A stretch of DNA of 64,000 nt from Octopus sinensis (Eukaryota), in NCBI RefSeq assembly GCF_006345805.1, contig NC_043021.1:17422001-17486000 (forward strand). The letters run 5' to 3'. Under the pieces are notes generated by a model that had not been told where the DNA came from, searched no databases, and saw nothing but the letters and a program-made list of their open reading frames with translations. Positions 13,572 through 26,931 of the stretch are shown one piece after another. Position 1 is the first letter of the stretch. The number at the start of each line of letters is the position of its first letter. The position numbers and the translations under genes were made by a program.

Positions 13572-13724
13572 TATGTACAAACGTGTGTGTAAGTAGTTGT
13601 GTGTGAGAAGAGAAAGGAGAGGTGTCTGGGTCTCTTGTTTTTGAAAAACACTCCATTAGGGACACTACCCGAACAACCAAACTGAGACACTCCATGTGCC
13701 AACCACCACTCATGAAGCTGTCTT

Positions 13725-14020
13725 GTGTTCTATCTGTCTCTTTTGCTGAACCGCTAAGTTACAGGCATGTAAACACATGAGTTTCGGTTATCACGTGATG
13801 GTGGGGAAACAAACACAGACAATGAAACAGACAGAGACACAGAAACACACACACACATACAATGGGCTTCTTTCAGTTTCCGTCTACCAAATCTACTCAT
13901 AAGGCCCGAAGCTATAAGTAGAAGACACTTGCCCAAGGTGCCATGCAGTGGGACTGAACCCGGAACCATGTAGTTGATAAGCAGCAAGCTCTTTACCACC
14001 ACACACCCACTCCTGCGCCT
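13725..14020 (-). mobile_element. SINE family A copy
   Basis: Ends ccactcctgcgcc, the reverse complement of the 5' head ggcgcaggagtgg. Confidence 0.8.
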
Positions 14021-14193
14021 AATGGTAAAATTCTTTCACTAAATTCTTCACTATTTTCTGAAATTAATCGACACAATGGCAGAATATTCCTACAGAAATA
14101 AGCTAACAAGAAGATTAACTCTTTTGATGCTAACTCAAAACTCAAAACTGCTTCTGGTTCTGTGATGTATTTCCTGTTTTAAACTGATATTTT

Positions 14194-14490
14194 ACGGAGA
14201 TGTACTTGCATAGCAAGTGATTTGATCTGAGATCGTGTGCTGAAACGAAAACAACTGCAGCGTGGAAGGTGTTTATAAGCCATTTAAGAAACACACAAAA
14301 GCCGTTTGATTCACTTCAACATTTAAGTTTAATTTGTCAAAATATTTTCGTCACTTTAAGACCGCGCAGTGAACAGGTCGCAGTCTTAAAGTGACGAAAA
14401 TATTTTGACAAATTAAACTTAAATGTTGAAGTGAATCGAACGGCTTTTGTGTGTTTCTTAAATGGCTTACAAACACCTTCCACGCTGCAA
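14194..14490. mobile_element. Fold-back Penelope-like pseudo-LTR pair carrying a G3-C8 hammerhead motif
   Basis: Arms 14256-14366 and 14378-14489 are near-perfect reverse complements; the + arm reads ca-GTGAACA-g-gtcgc-agtcttaaa-gtgac-GAA-AATATT-T-tgacaaa; same family as 56812-57040. Confidence 0.7.
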
Positions 14491-14492
14491 AC

Positions 14493-14727
14493 TATTTGTT
14501 TCTTTATTACCCACAAGGGGCTAAACATAGAGGGGACAAACAAGGACAGACAAAGGGATTAAGTCGATTACATCGACCCCAGTGCGTAACTGGTACTTAA
14601 TTTATCGACCCCGAAAGGATGAAAGGCAAAGTCGACCTCGGCGGAATTTGAACTCAGAACGCAACGGCAGACGAAATACGGCTACGCATTTCGTCCGGCG
14701 TGCTAACGTTTCTGCCAGCTCGCTGCC
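14493..14727 (-). mobile_element. SINE family B, full length
   Basis: On the minus strand: head ggcagcgagctggcagaaacgttag, B-box gagttcaaattcc, tail gtgggtaataaagaaac. Confidence 0.9.
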
Positions 14728-14916
14728 TTATCCTGTTTTAAACTGATATTGACCAAAAACTTCCCTCAAAATTCCATGTGAATTCATGTCGCAAACATCA
14801 GCTAAATAAGGACAAAATTATTTCTCTAAATTCTTCACTGTTTTCTAAAATTAATTGAGACAAAGGCAGAATATTTCCACAGAAATATGCTAACAAGAGG
14901 GTTAAGCTTTTTGAGC

Positions 14917-15133
14917 CGAAGCCAGTGCCGCCTCGACTGGCTTCCGTGCAGGTGGCACGTAAAAAGCACCCATTACACTCACGGAATGGTTGGCATTAGG
15001 AAGGGCATCCAGCTGTAGAAACATTGCCAAATCAGACTGGGCCTGGTGCAGCCTTCTGGCTTCCCAGATCCCCGGTCGAACCGTCCAACCCATGCTAGCA
15101 TGGAGAACGGACGTTAAACGATGATGATGATGA
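14917..15133 (+). mobile_element. SINE-like family C ending in (GAT)n
   Basis: ggttggcattaggaagggcatccagctgtagaaac...cccatgctagcatgga...cggacgttaaacgatgatg; other copies at about 22738-23000, 23236-23643, 27738-28110, 31428-31680, 45620-45777 and 57206-57470. Confidence 0.85.
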
Positions 15134-16129
15134 TACCAACTCACTTGAGGCTGCTTCTGGTTCTATGATATATTTCCTGTTTTAGAGCGATTTGAATTAT
15201 AATTGTCCATTAAGTATTTAACTTAATCTGCATTCCAAACACCCAACTTAAAACAATGGCAAAGTTGGTTTACCAAGTTCTTAATTATTTTCAAAATTAC
15301 TTGAAACTAATGCAGTAAGTGTCAGCAGAAATAACGGTAAAGGAAGGGTTAATAAACTCTGTCGAATTCATGGACGCATAGAAAAGTGGATGTTAAAACG
15401 ACAATGGTGGTGATGATGATGATGGTGATGATTATGATGATGGTGATGATGACGATGATGACAATGATGATAATAACGATGATAGTGATGACGATGATGA
15501 TGGTCATGATTACCATCAGTGTCATCATCAGATGTGGCACCTCGGGCAAGTGTCTTCTATAGCCTCAGGCCAACCAAAGCCTTGTGAGTGGATTTGGTAG
15601 ATGGAAACTGAAAGAAGCCCATCATATATATATGTGTGTGTGTGTCTTTGTCCACTACCACTTGACAACTGGTGTTGGTGTGTTTACATCCCAGTAACTT
15701 AGCAGTTCAGCAATAGACACAAACAGAATTAAGTACCAGGCTTAAAAAATGTAGTTTGGTCAATTCAACTAAAAATTCTTCAAGGCGGTGCCCCAGCATG
15801 GCCACAGTCTAATGATTGAAACAAGTAAAAGATAAAAGATATAGTTTTACTTTCAGCCTAATGCCCTTCCTGGTGCCATCCATGACCTTCAGGTAGAATA
15901 CTATATTTCTTGGATCTTTGCATGTCACCTCAGAGCCCTTTTCACCAATAAAAGACTTAGTTTGCCCAACCATCAGACTTGGCTGTTGTCTTGGTAAGTT
16001 GGAGTTCCAGCTGGCTTGAATATTTACCTGAGGGACAGGTGTGAACAGGTGGCTGAGCTGGTTTCCTCAAGTTAGTCTTTGACCCTTTTTTTTTTTCCAC
16101 CATATTTCTTGTGAAACACACCGACCTTG

Positions 16130-17200
16130 TTTAGCCCCTTATGACTGAGAAAAAGGCCAACCCCAACCAAGATATTCTGTTTTATGATCAAATCAACCAT
16201 ATCTGACCTCTCATACCTGACCTACAATGTCATTCTAAAAATATACAATTGTATCATTGAAATCTTAAAGGTATGAGACAATGCAGAATTAATTCAAAAC
16301 ATTGAGAATAAATAAGCACTGCATTTGACAGAGTAATCTAAATGCTAATGAGTTAAATTAATTCTTTAAATTATGAAGAATTTAATAAAATAACTGTCTT
16401 TATTAAGCTGGTGTTTGGAACATAAACGAACATGGGATTTTAGTAGGAAGTTTTTTTAATTTAGATTACTTTAAAAGAGAAAGTTTGTATCAAAGAATAG
16501 CGCAGCATCAGGTAGGCTGGTACCAAAAGAGTTGATACCATATTTATGAAATACTTGGCCCTGGCTTCAATAAATTTTGAAAATAACAAAGAATTTAATC
16601 AAATAAATTAATTGACTAAATTATTCTGTGCTGATGAAGAGAAATAGCCCAGAAATCGTGATACACAGATATTGTTTTGAGCTGAGTGGGGGTGCTAGAT
16701 TCCCCTGTTCGAAAATATAAGGACACAGATCATGTTGTACAGCCAGCTAGAGACGATGTCTCATGGGGCTAAATTACAGCAACATTCGTCCTAAACCAGG
16801 ACTACCATGTTATGTTGGCAAACAATCTTTACTACAAGTTTGTCATTGTTAAGCTGGCATTTTGAACATAAATTAACCTGAAATCTTGATAAAAAGTTTC
16901 GATTTAGGATCACATTAAAACAGGATGTTTGCATTATAGAACCAAGGGGCAGTAGGTTAGCATCAAAATGCTTAACCCTTTTGTTACCATATTTGTTGAA
17001 ATTCACTGTTTTTATTTCAATTAGTTTTGAAAATATGGAAGAATTTAGTAAAATGATTTTGCCATTATTAAGATTGTATTTAGAATATAAATCAACATCT
17101 AATTTTGATAGATTTTAATTAAGTTCACTTCAGAACAGGAAGTTCATATCAAAGAACCAGCGCCAGTTTGTGGAGGAGAGTTGGTAACAAATGAGTTAAC
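16130..17200. mobile_element. Cluster of AT-rich piggyBac-like MITEs (TTAA|CCC...GGG|TTAA ends)
   Basis: Repeated ttaacccttttg(t/g)taccatattt starts and aaaagagtt/aagggttaa ends; the same family recurs at about 14020-15350, 41484-42540, 52085-52600 and 58138-58720. Confidence 0.6.
16625..16669 (+). ncRNA. Minimal type-I hammerhead ribozyme motif
   Basis: tctgtg-CTGATGA-agagaaatagccca-GAA-ATCGTGAT-A-cacaga: 6-bp stem I, canonical core, near-palindromic stem III, AUA site at 16661-16663; stem II weak. Confidence 0.7.
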
Positions 17201-17312
17201 CCTTTTGGTACCATATTTCTGTTGAAATACAATGATTTTGTTTCAATTAATTTGGAAATTAATGAAGAATTTAGGCAAATCAGTTTGTCTTTATTAAGCT
17301 GGTGTTTGGAAT

Positions 17313-17690
17313 ACTCTTTTACTCTTTTACTTGTTTCAGTCATTTGACTGCAGCCATGCTGGAGCACCGCCTTTAGTCAATCAAATCGACCCCGGGACTT
17401 ATTCTTTGTAAGCTCAGTACTTATTCTATCGGTCTCTTTTGCCGAACCGCTAAGTGACGGGGACGTAAACACACCAGCATCGGTTGTCAAGCAATGCTAG
17501 GGGGACAAACACAGACACACACACATATTATATATATATATACATATATACGACAGGCTTCTTTCAGTTTCCATCTACCAAATCCACTCACAAGGCCCGG
17601 GGCTATAGCAGAAGACACTTGCCCAAGATGCCACGCAGTGGGACTGAACCCGGAACCATGTGGTTGGTTAGCAACCTACTTACCACACAG
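17313..17690 (-). mobile_element. SINE family A inserted in a piggyBac-like MITE
   Basis: (tactcttt)n tail at 17312; gtgggactgaacccggaaccatgtgg head. Confidence 0.85.
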
Positions 17691-18214
17691 AATGGAATTT
17701 TGATGGAAGGTTCTAATTTAAATCATTTTAAAACAGGAATTGTGTATCATAAAACCTGGAGCAGTCTTAGACAGGTATGTGGTAATGGTATTTGGCACCA
17801 CAAGAACCCCACAAGCTTTGATTTCAGTTCATTCCATTTACCATAACCCTAATCTCTAGCTATGTCAGAATAATCATCATGGTTACTACCAAACATCTCT
17901 GCTCAAGCTATAAGCAGCAAAATCAAGATTCCTCCTGTCTATTATTGAGGAATTCTGTGACTGGGCTTCATAGAAACGGTTCTTTTGTTCATCTGTTAAA
18001 GATTGTGTTTCACAGACAAAGGCTATTTATGTTGTCATATTGTCATGGCTCAGTGGTTGAGAAGCTTGTTTCCCAAAGACATGGTTTTGGGTTCAGTTCC
18101 ACTGCACAGCACCTTGGGCAAGTTGCTTCTCCCATAGCCTAGGGCTAACCAAAGCTTTCAGAGTGGATTTGGTAGGTGGAAACTGAAAGAAGTCCATCAT
18201 GTGTAGTTATCGAA

Positions 18215-18608
18215 TCTCTATATATATAAAGCTGAAGTTGTCTGTGTATGGCAGGTTTGGTAGCCTTCAACTAACACTATCTCCTCCAAGACCCTGCAGC
18301 ACAAGTTGACCAAAATTGAGAGTATGATAGAAGAAGGCTTGCTCTTCCTTCCGTAGAAGAAAAAATTCAAATCGGACCATGTTAACACCAAAAATTATTT
18401 ACATCAAAAAGATGCTTTTTCTCTATGAAAATCCCCTATTTTTTACGATTTTTTGACTGCTGTGTCGCCATTTTTCGGTGTATTTCAACCACAAAAATGT
18501 TCACTTAAAGAGAAATAACAAGCTACATAATGCAAAATTTTTACTTTTCAAAAATTCCAATTCTAAAGGGTCGAAACAAGCCCAAGCAACACCGGACGAT
18601 ACTGCTAG
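18215..18608 (+). mobile_element. Non-autonomous Helitron
   Basis: A|TCTCTATATATATAAA 5' end, ...ctgCTAG|T 3' end, inserted between A and T with no TSD; degenerate GC-rich subterminal segment gcccaagcaacaccggac. Confidence 0.8.
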
Positions 18609-18639
18609 TATATATATATGTATATATTATGCACACGGG

Positions 18640-18867
18640 TAAACACAAATGCAAACCAAGGCGGAAGAAAATGGTACTGGAATACAGGAGGCAGAGTAAC
18701 ATGCTTTATTATTATTATTAAAGCTGCAAAACTATCACAAAAAACTGCTACTCAGAGTTTCATGTTCCTGTTCATCAGGCAGCTGTGATCAAGAATTCTT
18801 GATCACAAATGGGAACGTGAAACTCTGAGTGACGGTTTTTTGGGATAATCTTGCAGCTTTAATAATA
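18640..18867. mobile_element. Fold-back Penelope-like pseudo-LTR pair with hammerhead
   Basis: Arms about 18713-18768 and 18809-18867 are inverted around a perfect 24-bp palindrome tgtgatcaagaattcttgatcaca (18784-18807). Confidence 0.7.
18743..18784 (-). ncRNA. Minimal type-I hammerhead ribozyme motif
   Basis: Minus strand: agctgc-CTGATGA-aca-ggaa-cat-GAA-ACTCTGAGT-A-gcagtt; 6-bp stem I including one G-U, palindromic stem III, GUA site; stem II decayed (the other arm reads atg-ggaa-cgt). Confidence 0.7.
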
Positions 18868-18884
18868 GAAAAGTGTATATATAT

Positions 18885-19087
18885 ATGATCGCCTGTGTAC
18901 CGTTGGTGAATTTTTTTCCTCTGTCTTCCCTTCTCTGGATCTTTCCTTTTCCTATGTTTCTGATGAAGAGCTCCGCTCGAAACGTTAAACCCTCCTTCTT
19001 CCCTTCTTTCCTGAGCGTCCAATAATACTATATTTGTTCCACGTCCTCACGTTGTTGTGCTTTCTCTTTGTGTTTTCATGTTTGGAT

Positions 19088-19092
<5 letters not shown>
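18885..19092 (+). mobile_element. Penelope-like pseudo-LTR-type repeat (~210 bp) inserted in (TA)n
   Basis: Second copy on the minus strand at 46017-46222; contains a hammerhead motif. Confidence 0.7.
18956..18990 (+). ncRNA. Minimal type-I hammerhead ribozyme motif
   Basis: gttt-CTGATGA-a-gagc-tcc-gctc-GAA-ACGT-T-aaac: intact core, 4-bp stems I and II, loopless palindromic stem III (ACGU), GUU site ending at 18986. Confidence 0.8.
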
Positions 19093-19141
<49 letters not shown>

Positions 19142-19878
19142 TATATAATATATATACACAAACACATGCACATACATTATACACACACACACATATATAT
19201 TATAAAGCATGTATGATACACACACAAACTGCATTCTATGTGTTTCAATTCTACACACATATACAGATACACCCACACAGATACACATATGCATCTACAA
19301 ATATATATATACATATATACATACATACATGTATATTATATGTACATGTAACATATATATATATCCAGACACAGACACATTAACCACATGAAAACTCTTG
19401 TAGTTTTCCTTGCATATATAATATCCTGGATGATAGACGAGGCAAGTGTAGGGTGTTAGGGGTATATATTAATATATACTCCATATATACCCCCAGAAAC
19501 TGCTGTTTGCTTTAGTCTGTACCTCTCTCTCCTCTCTCTCTTCACTTCTCTTAGTCTTAGTCTTGTTCTCTCTCTCTCTCTGTCTCTTAATCTATTTGTC
19601 TGTCTGTCTGTCTGTTTGTCCCCCCCCACCACCACCGGCTATGTCTGTCTGCCCCCTCTCTCTGTCTCTCATTTGCCTATCCATCTCTCCTCCTCTCTCC
19701 GCCTCTATATATCTATTTAACTTCTCACTCTCTCTCTCTCTCTCTCTCTTGATCTATTTGTCTATCACTCTCTCTCTCCCTATCTGTCTCCCCCTCTCTC
19801 TTACTTCTCCCTCCGTCTTTCTAACTGTTTGTACCTACTACCTGTCTTTTTGTCTGTCTGTCTCTTAATCTCATTTGT

Positions 19879-19927
<49 letters not shown>

Positions 19928-20120
19928 TACCCCCCGTCTGTCTGTCAGTCTCTCTGTCTGTCTGTCAGTCTGTCAGTCTGTCTGCCTCTCTCCCTCCCTC
20001 CCTCCCTCTCCCCCTATCTCTCTCTCTCTCTCCAGCAACCAACAAAACAGACTTCCATATTTACAGCCAGTCTCCCCCCCTCTGCGAATGTGCTCCTCTA
20101 TTTGAGTGGTGTCCAGGCCT

Positions 20121-20335
20121 TTGTGTGTGCGCGCTTCTGTGTGTGTGTGCGCTTCTGTGTGTGTGCGCGCTTCTGTGTGTGTGTGCGCTTCTGTGTGTGT
20201 GCGCGCTTCTGTGTGTGTGTGCGCTTCTGTGTGTGTGTGCGCTTCTGTGTGTGTGTGCGCTTCTGTGTGTGTGCGCGCTTCTGTGTGTGTGCGCGCTTCT
20301 GTGTGTGTGTGTGCGCGCGTCTGTGTGTGCGCCGG
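20121..20335. repeat. 18-bp minisatellite (ttctgtgtgtgtgYgcgc)n
   Basis: Directly visible; source of the CALLCV/ARFCVC ORFs. Confidence 0.9.
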
Positions 20336-20964
20336 TGTGATTCTCTTTATATGAATGTTGAATTCTTGTTTGTACAAGTGTGGTTGATAATCAGGAGTCT
20401 GGCTGAGAGAGAAGAGAGAAATAGAGAAAGAGAGAGAGAAATACGAGGGAGGGGGAGAGAGGAAGAGGGGGGTAAGGAAAGCGAAGTGGAAGGAGAGAGA
20501 TAGAAAGACCTGTTTGCACAAGTGTGTATAAATGAAGAATAAACACTGGATTTTTATACGCACACGCACACACACACACACACGCATACACACACATACA
20601 CTCATACATAGAATTCATTCATACAGACACACACACACGTATAAAGCATACACAGGACCATTTAGAAATATATATATATATATATATACATATATACACA
20701 CACACATATAAATATATATAGAGACACACATACATATAGATACATATACGCACACATACACAATATATATATATACACACACAATATATATATATACACA
20801 CACACATTCCATATGCAAAACAAGACCAGTGGGGGATGATGTGAGCGAGAGGAAGAGTAGTAAAAGTAGAGAGAGGTAGAGAGAGGGAGAGAAAGAGAGA
20901 CAAAGGGGCCAGATATTCCTCGAAGTCCCTTATACCCTGATTATACCCTCACAAGCAAGTCCCT

Positions 20965-21510
20965 CCACCACCACCACCACCACCACCACCATCACCATCA
21001 CCACCACCACCACCACCACCGCCGCCGCCGCACCTTACCCCCTCTTGCCACTATGCCGCAACTACACCACCGCCGCCAGCACTGCTATCATCATCATCAT
21101 CACCACCACCACCACCACCACCACCATCATCACCACCACCACCACCACCACCACCATCATCACCACCACCACCACCATCATCCACCACCACCACCACCAT
21201 CACCACCACCACCATCATCACCACCACCATCATCATCACCACCACCATCACCACCACCACCACCACCCCACCATCATCACCACCACCACCACCATCATCA
21301 CCACCACCACCACACCACCACCACCACCATCACCACCACCACCACCACCATCACCACCACCACCACCACCCCATCATCACCACCACCACCACCATCACCA
21401 CCACCACCACCACCACCTCATCACACCACCACCACCTCATCACCACCACCACCACCATCACCACCACCACCACCACCACCACCACCACCACCACCATCAT
21501 CATCGTCGTC
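20965..21510. repeat. (CAC/CAT)n microsatellite
   Basis: Directly visible; source of the poly-H/P/T ORFs. Confidence 0.95.
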
Positions 21511-22102
21511 GTCAGTTCCCCGCCAACGCCACCGCCCTCAAAACTCCCAGGCCGTCTTCTTTCTTAGGAAGCCTAGTTATGAATGAGTGTGGAGCTTAAA
21601 AAACATTTCTGCCCCAACAGCATCAGACGTGGTGCGGTGTGTGTGTGGTGTGTGAGAGACAGTACGTACGTGTGTGTACGTGTGTGTGTGTTGTGTGTGT
21701 GTGTGTGTACGTGTGCTACTTTTAGAAACTCCCGTGTAAGACAAATCTCATTGAATTAAAATAGGAAACTGGAGAGGTAGGTTAAGTAATGTACATACGT
21801 GTGTGTGTGTGTGTGTGTGTAGGTGTGTTTGCGAGTAGGGGCTGCTGTATCTGAATGGTACGTGTGCGTGTGTATACATACATATATATATATATTACCT
21901 ATTACATAATATGTACCCACACACATATATGTATGTATGTATGTATATGACAAAACCCTTTGTAACTTTCGTCCTGCGTTTTGTCCCTTTGTTTTGATTT
22001 TTGTTAGCCCTTGTGGCTAATAAACGAACGAATTATTATTATCATTATTATTATAATTATCATTATTATAATTATCATCATGATCATCATTATTATTATT
22101 AT

Positions 22103-22165
<63 letters not shown>

Positions 22166-23172
22166 CAGCAGTAGTAGTAGTGGTAGTAGTAGCGGTAGCA
22201 GTAGCAGTAGTAGTAGTGGTGGTGGTGGTGGTGGTGGTGGTGGTGGTGGTGGTGGCAGCAGTAGTAAGTTGGCGAGCTTGGCAGAATTGTTATTAGCACG
22301 CGCGGCGAAATGCTTCGTCTGGCCACAACGTTCGGAGTTCAAATTCCGCCGAGGTTCACTTTGTCTTTCATACCTTTCAGGGTCGATAAAACAAGCACCC
22401 ACCCGTGAAGAAACATTGGGAGTTGATGTAATCGCCTATCCCCCTCCCCCAAATTTCAGGCATTGTGCCAATAGTGGAAAGGATTATTATTGTTGTTATT
22501 ATTATTGTTGTTGTTGTTCTTGTTGTTGTTGTTTACGCAGTTCTTAGTAAATGTGTTGAGTGCATCTCTCACTTTCATTCTATATATTCTTTTATTCTTT
22601 TATTTGTTTCAGTCATTCTGACCGCGGCCATGCTGGAGCACCGCCTTTATTGGAGCAAATCAAAACACACCAGCATGGGTTGTTAAGCAAAGCTGGGGAG
22701 GAGGACAAACACAGACACAAACACACACGGAAATTGTAGTTGTGATACCTGTGCTGGTGGCACGTAAAAAGCACCAACTGATCGTGGCCAATGCCAGCCT
22801 TCCCTGGGCACCTGTGCCAGTTGCACATAAAAAGGACCTACTACACTCACGGAGTGGTTGGCGTTAGGAAGGGTATCCAGCTGTAGAAACATTGCCAGAT
22901 CAGACTGGAGCCTGGTGCAGCCTCCTGGCTTCCCAGACTCCGGTCGAACCATCCAACCCATGCTAGCATGGAAAACGGACGTTAAACAATGATGATGATA
23001 CACGAAGGGCTTCATTCAGTTTCCATCTAACAAATCCACTCATAAGGCTTTGGGTAGCCTGAGGCTATAATAGAAGACACCAGCCTAAGGTGCCACACAA
23101 TGGGACTGAACCTGGAACCATGTGGTTGGGAAATCAAACTTCTTACCATATACACTCACACACAGATGTATG

Positions 23173-23209
<37 letters not shown>

Positions 23210-23701
23210 GAAATTTAGAGAAACATATATATATAATCATCATCATCATCGTTTAACGTCCGCTTTCCATGCTAGCATGGGTTGGATGAATGACTGAGGG
23301 CTGGCGAACCAGATGGCTGCACCAGGCTTCAATCTTGATCTAGCAGAGTTTCTACAGCTGGATGCCCTTCCTAATGCCAACCACTCCGAGAGTGTATATA
23401 TATATATAGATATATATATACACCATCCGATCATGGCCGTTTGCCAGCCTCGTCTGGCACCTGTGCCGGTGGCACATAAAAGACACGCACTACACTCATG
23501 GAGTGGTTGGCGTTAGGAAGGGCATCCAGCTGTAGAAACACTGCCAGATCTGACTGGCCTGGTGCCTTCTGGCTTCCCAGACCCCAGTTGAACTGTCCAA
23601 CCCATGCTAGCATGGAAAGCGGACGCTAAATGATGATGATGATGATACACACACACACACACAAGTACACACGCATATATACATACATACACATATATAT
23701 A

Positions 23702-23743
<42 letters not shown>

Positions 23744-24294
23744 TGTGTTTATGTATGTGTGCATGCACGCAATCAAATGTCATACAAGCAGCGTTGTTTA
23801 TTTGCAATCTTCCATGAAAGCATGTCCAGCCATTGCGCTGTAAATGTCTGAATGGCAACTCTCACCCGTTTCCAAGCAAGGTAGATATTTTTCCTTGCAG
23901 CCAGACCTGTTTTCTTGGAATGCTGGACACAAACAGACATTCCGTGCAAGCATGGCGAAGTGGACACTAAAGAATGGTGATGCTGCTGTGCTAATAATGG
24001 TAAATATTTTCAGGTGTGCACCCTGGATTCTGAACAGGTGCATCGTGAACTTTCTGCATGCAATAAGAACCGACAAAAATGGTTGGGGACAGAAAAGGGT
24101 ATCCTGCCAGAAAACCTGCCTCAGAAGACCATTCCAGACCATACCAGCGTTCAAAACATGCAAATCTATGACGGCAAGGATGATGATGGCAGCATTGATG
24201 ATGATGCTACTTATGAGGGTGAAAAGCAATGATGAGGATGAGAATGATGATGAGGATGACAATGAATATTACGATTTATATTGCTTTCAGTTAG

Positions 24295-25030
24295 TGGTAT
24301 TTTGTCCGGTTTAAAGGCGGCGAGCTGGCAGAAACGTTAGCAGGTCGGGCGAAATGCTTAGCGGTATTTCGTCTGCCGTTACGTTGTGAGTTCAAATTCT
24401 GCCGAGGTCGACTTTGCCTTTCATCCTTTCGGGGTCGATAAATTAAGTACCAGTTACGCACTGGGGTCGATGTAATCGACTTAATACCTATGTCTGTCCT
24501 TGTTTGTCCCCTCTATGTTTAAGCCCCTTGTGGGTAATAAAGAAATAGGTATTTTGTCCGGTTTAAAGGCGGCGAGCTGGCAGAAACGTTAGCAGGTCGG
24601 GCGAAATGCTTAGCAGTATTTCGTCTGCTGTTACGTTGTGAGTTCAAATTCTGCCGAGGTCGACTTTGCCTTTCATCCTTTCGGGGTCGATAAATTAAGT
24701 ACCAGTCACGCACTGGGGTCGATGTAATCGACTTAATACCTATGTCTGTCCTTGTTTGTCCCCTGTGTTTAAGCCCCTTGTGGGTAATAAAGAAATAGGT
24801 ATTTTGTCCGGTTTAAAGGCGGCGAGCTGGCAGAAACGTTAGCACGTCGGACGAAATGCTTAGCGGTATTTCATCTGCTGTTACGTTGTGAGTTCAAATT
24901 CCGCCGAGGTCGACTTTGCCTTTCATCTTTTCAGGATCGATAAAAAATACCAGTTGAATACTGGGGGTTGATGTAATCGATTAGCTCCCTTCCTCAATCT
25001 TGCTGGCCTTGTGCAAAAATTTGAAATCAT
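24295..25030 (+). repeat. Three tandem SINE B copies (~252-bp unit including 5' flank)
   Basis: ggtattttgtccggtttaaaggcggcgagctggcagaaacg at about 24296, 24548 and 24798. Confidence 0.9.
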
Positions 25031-25569
25031 TATCATTATTAACTCTCTCACTCAGAAAGGATGAACCGAGTGTGAGAGATGCAATTATTTATTTACTTGC
25101 GGCACATACTCTCTTTCCCTGTCTACACACACACACTTCTATCATTTTACATACACGACATTATATATTCATAGATGTATGCATATAATATGGATATATT
25201 ATATAATATATATATATAGATTATAATATGTGTGTGTATATTTATATATTGGGAATAATTATATATATATATATTATATATATAATGCTTTATATATATA
25301 TATTTATATATTTATAATATATATATGTATATATATATTATATACACACCACACACACCACACACACACACACACGTACATATATATGTGGTGTGTGTGT
25401 GTGCATTTATGTATGTGTGTGTATATATATATATATAATATATATATATACATACATACATATATATATAATATATAGATATGTATATATGTGTGTGTGT
25501 GTCTGCTTGTGTGTATACACATGGACACACATAATTATACACACAAACACAGACATACACAAGGTAGGA

Positions 25570-25600
<31 letters not shown>

Positions 25601-25606
25601 TGTTGT

Positions 25607-25664
<58 letters not shown>

Positions 25665-25866
25665 TGTGTGTGTGTGTGTGTGTCCATGAGATTTATTAGG
25701 TCACATTAGCTTCACCTCATTAATCAAAAGCCAGGCAGCCAAGGTTCTGGAAGTTATATAGCATCAACATAAAACCACCACCAGCACCACCACCACCACC
25801 ACCACCACCGCCACCACCTCCACCGCCGCCACTTACTTAGGGTCCCCCCCCAACAATATAATGTGT

Positions 25867-25907
<41 letters not shown>

Positions 25908-26013
25908 ATAAAACACATTCTCAACACCAACACCAACACCTCTGCCCATGACTACCCCACCATCACCGTCATAGGAACTATCATCATCAACATCATCAAC
26001 ATTATTATTATTA

Positions 26014-26056
<43 letters not shown>

Positions 26057-26067
26057 TCTATGGGTAT

Positions 26068-26109
<42 letters not shown>

Positions 26110-26384
26110 ATATATATATATATATACCACAATACCACCACCACTATCACTACGACATCTACTCTGATTACTATCACCACCACCAACAACAACCAACCAA
26201 CCAACCACCCAGCCAGCCAGCCAGCCTACTCTAACCCCCACCCCCTTCCATCAGTATTGCTTCTTACTACCATTTCTACCACCACCACCATCAACACCAC
26301 CAGTGCTGCTGCTGCTGCTGCTACTACTACTACCAGCACTACCACCGCTGCCACTACTACTCTACCACCAAGTCCCTAACATTG

Positions 26385-26428
<44 letters not shown>

Positions 26429-26848
26429 GGGGTGGCAAATGGGTAGAAGGAGAAAGAGCTAAAAGGGTAGTGACTGAGTAAAGAGAAGAGGGAGAGAGAG
26501 GGATGTGAAATGTGTGGAAGCGGGTGGGGGGGAACAGAGGGATTTGCAGGGTGAGAGTAGGGTGGATGAGATGAAGGGATTGTTAGGAGGAGGGATGTGG
26601 GGGAAGTGGGAGGGGAAGGAAGGGAAGGTAGGGGGAAAGGAAAGAAGGACAGAGGGAAGGAAGGAAGGAAGAAAACGGGAGGGGGAGGCAGACACCAGGG
26701 TGGAGGGGGATTAGGGGACAGTAAAGATGAAATGGGTCTATTTTATGGGTGTATATATGTGAGGAGCTACACACACACACACATATATATATATAAATAT
26801 ACACATACATGTATATACCTGATCTATATTATATACATACATACAAAC

Positions 26849-26931
<83 letters not shown>

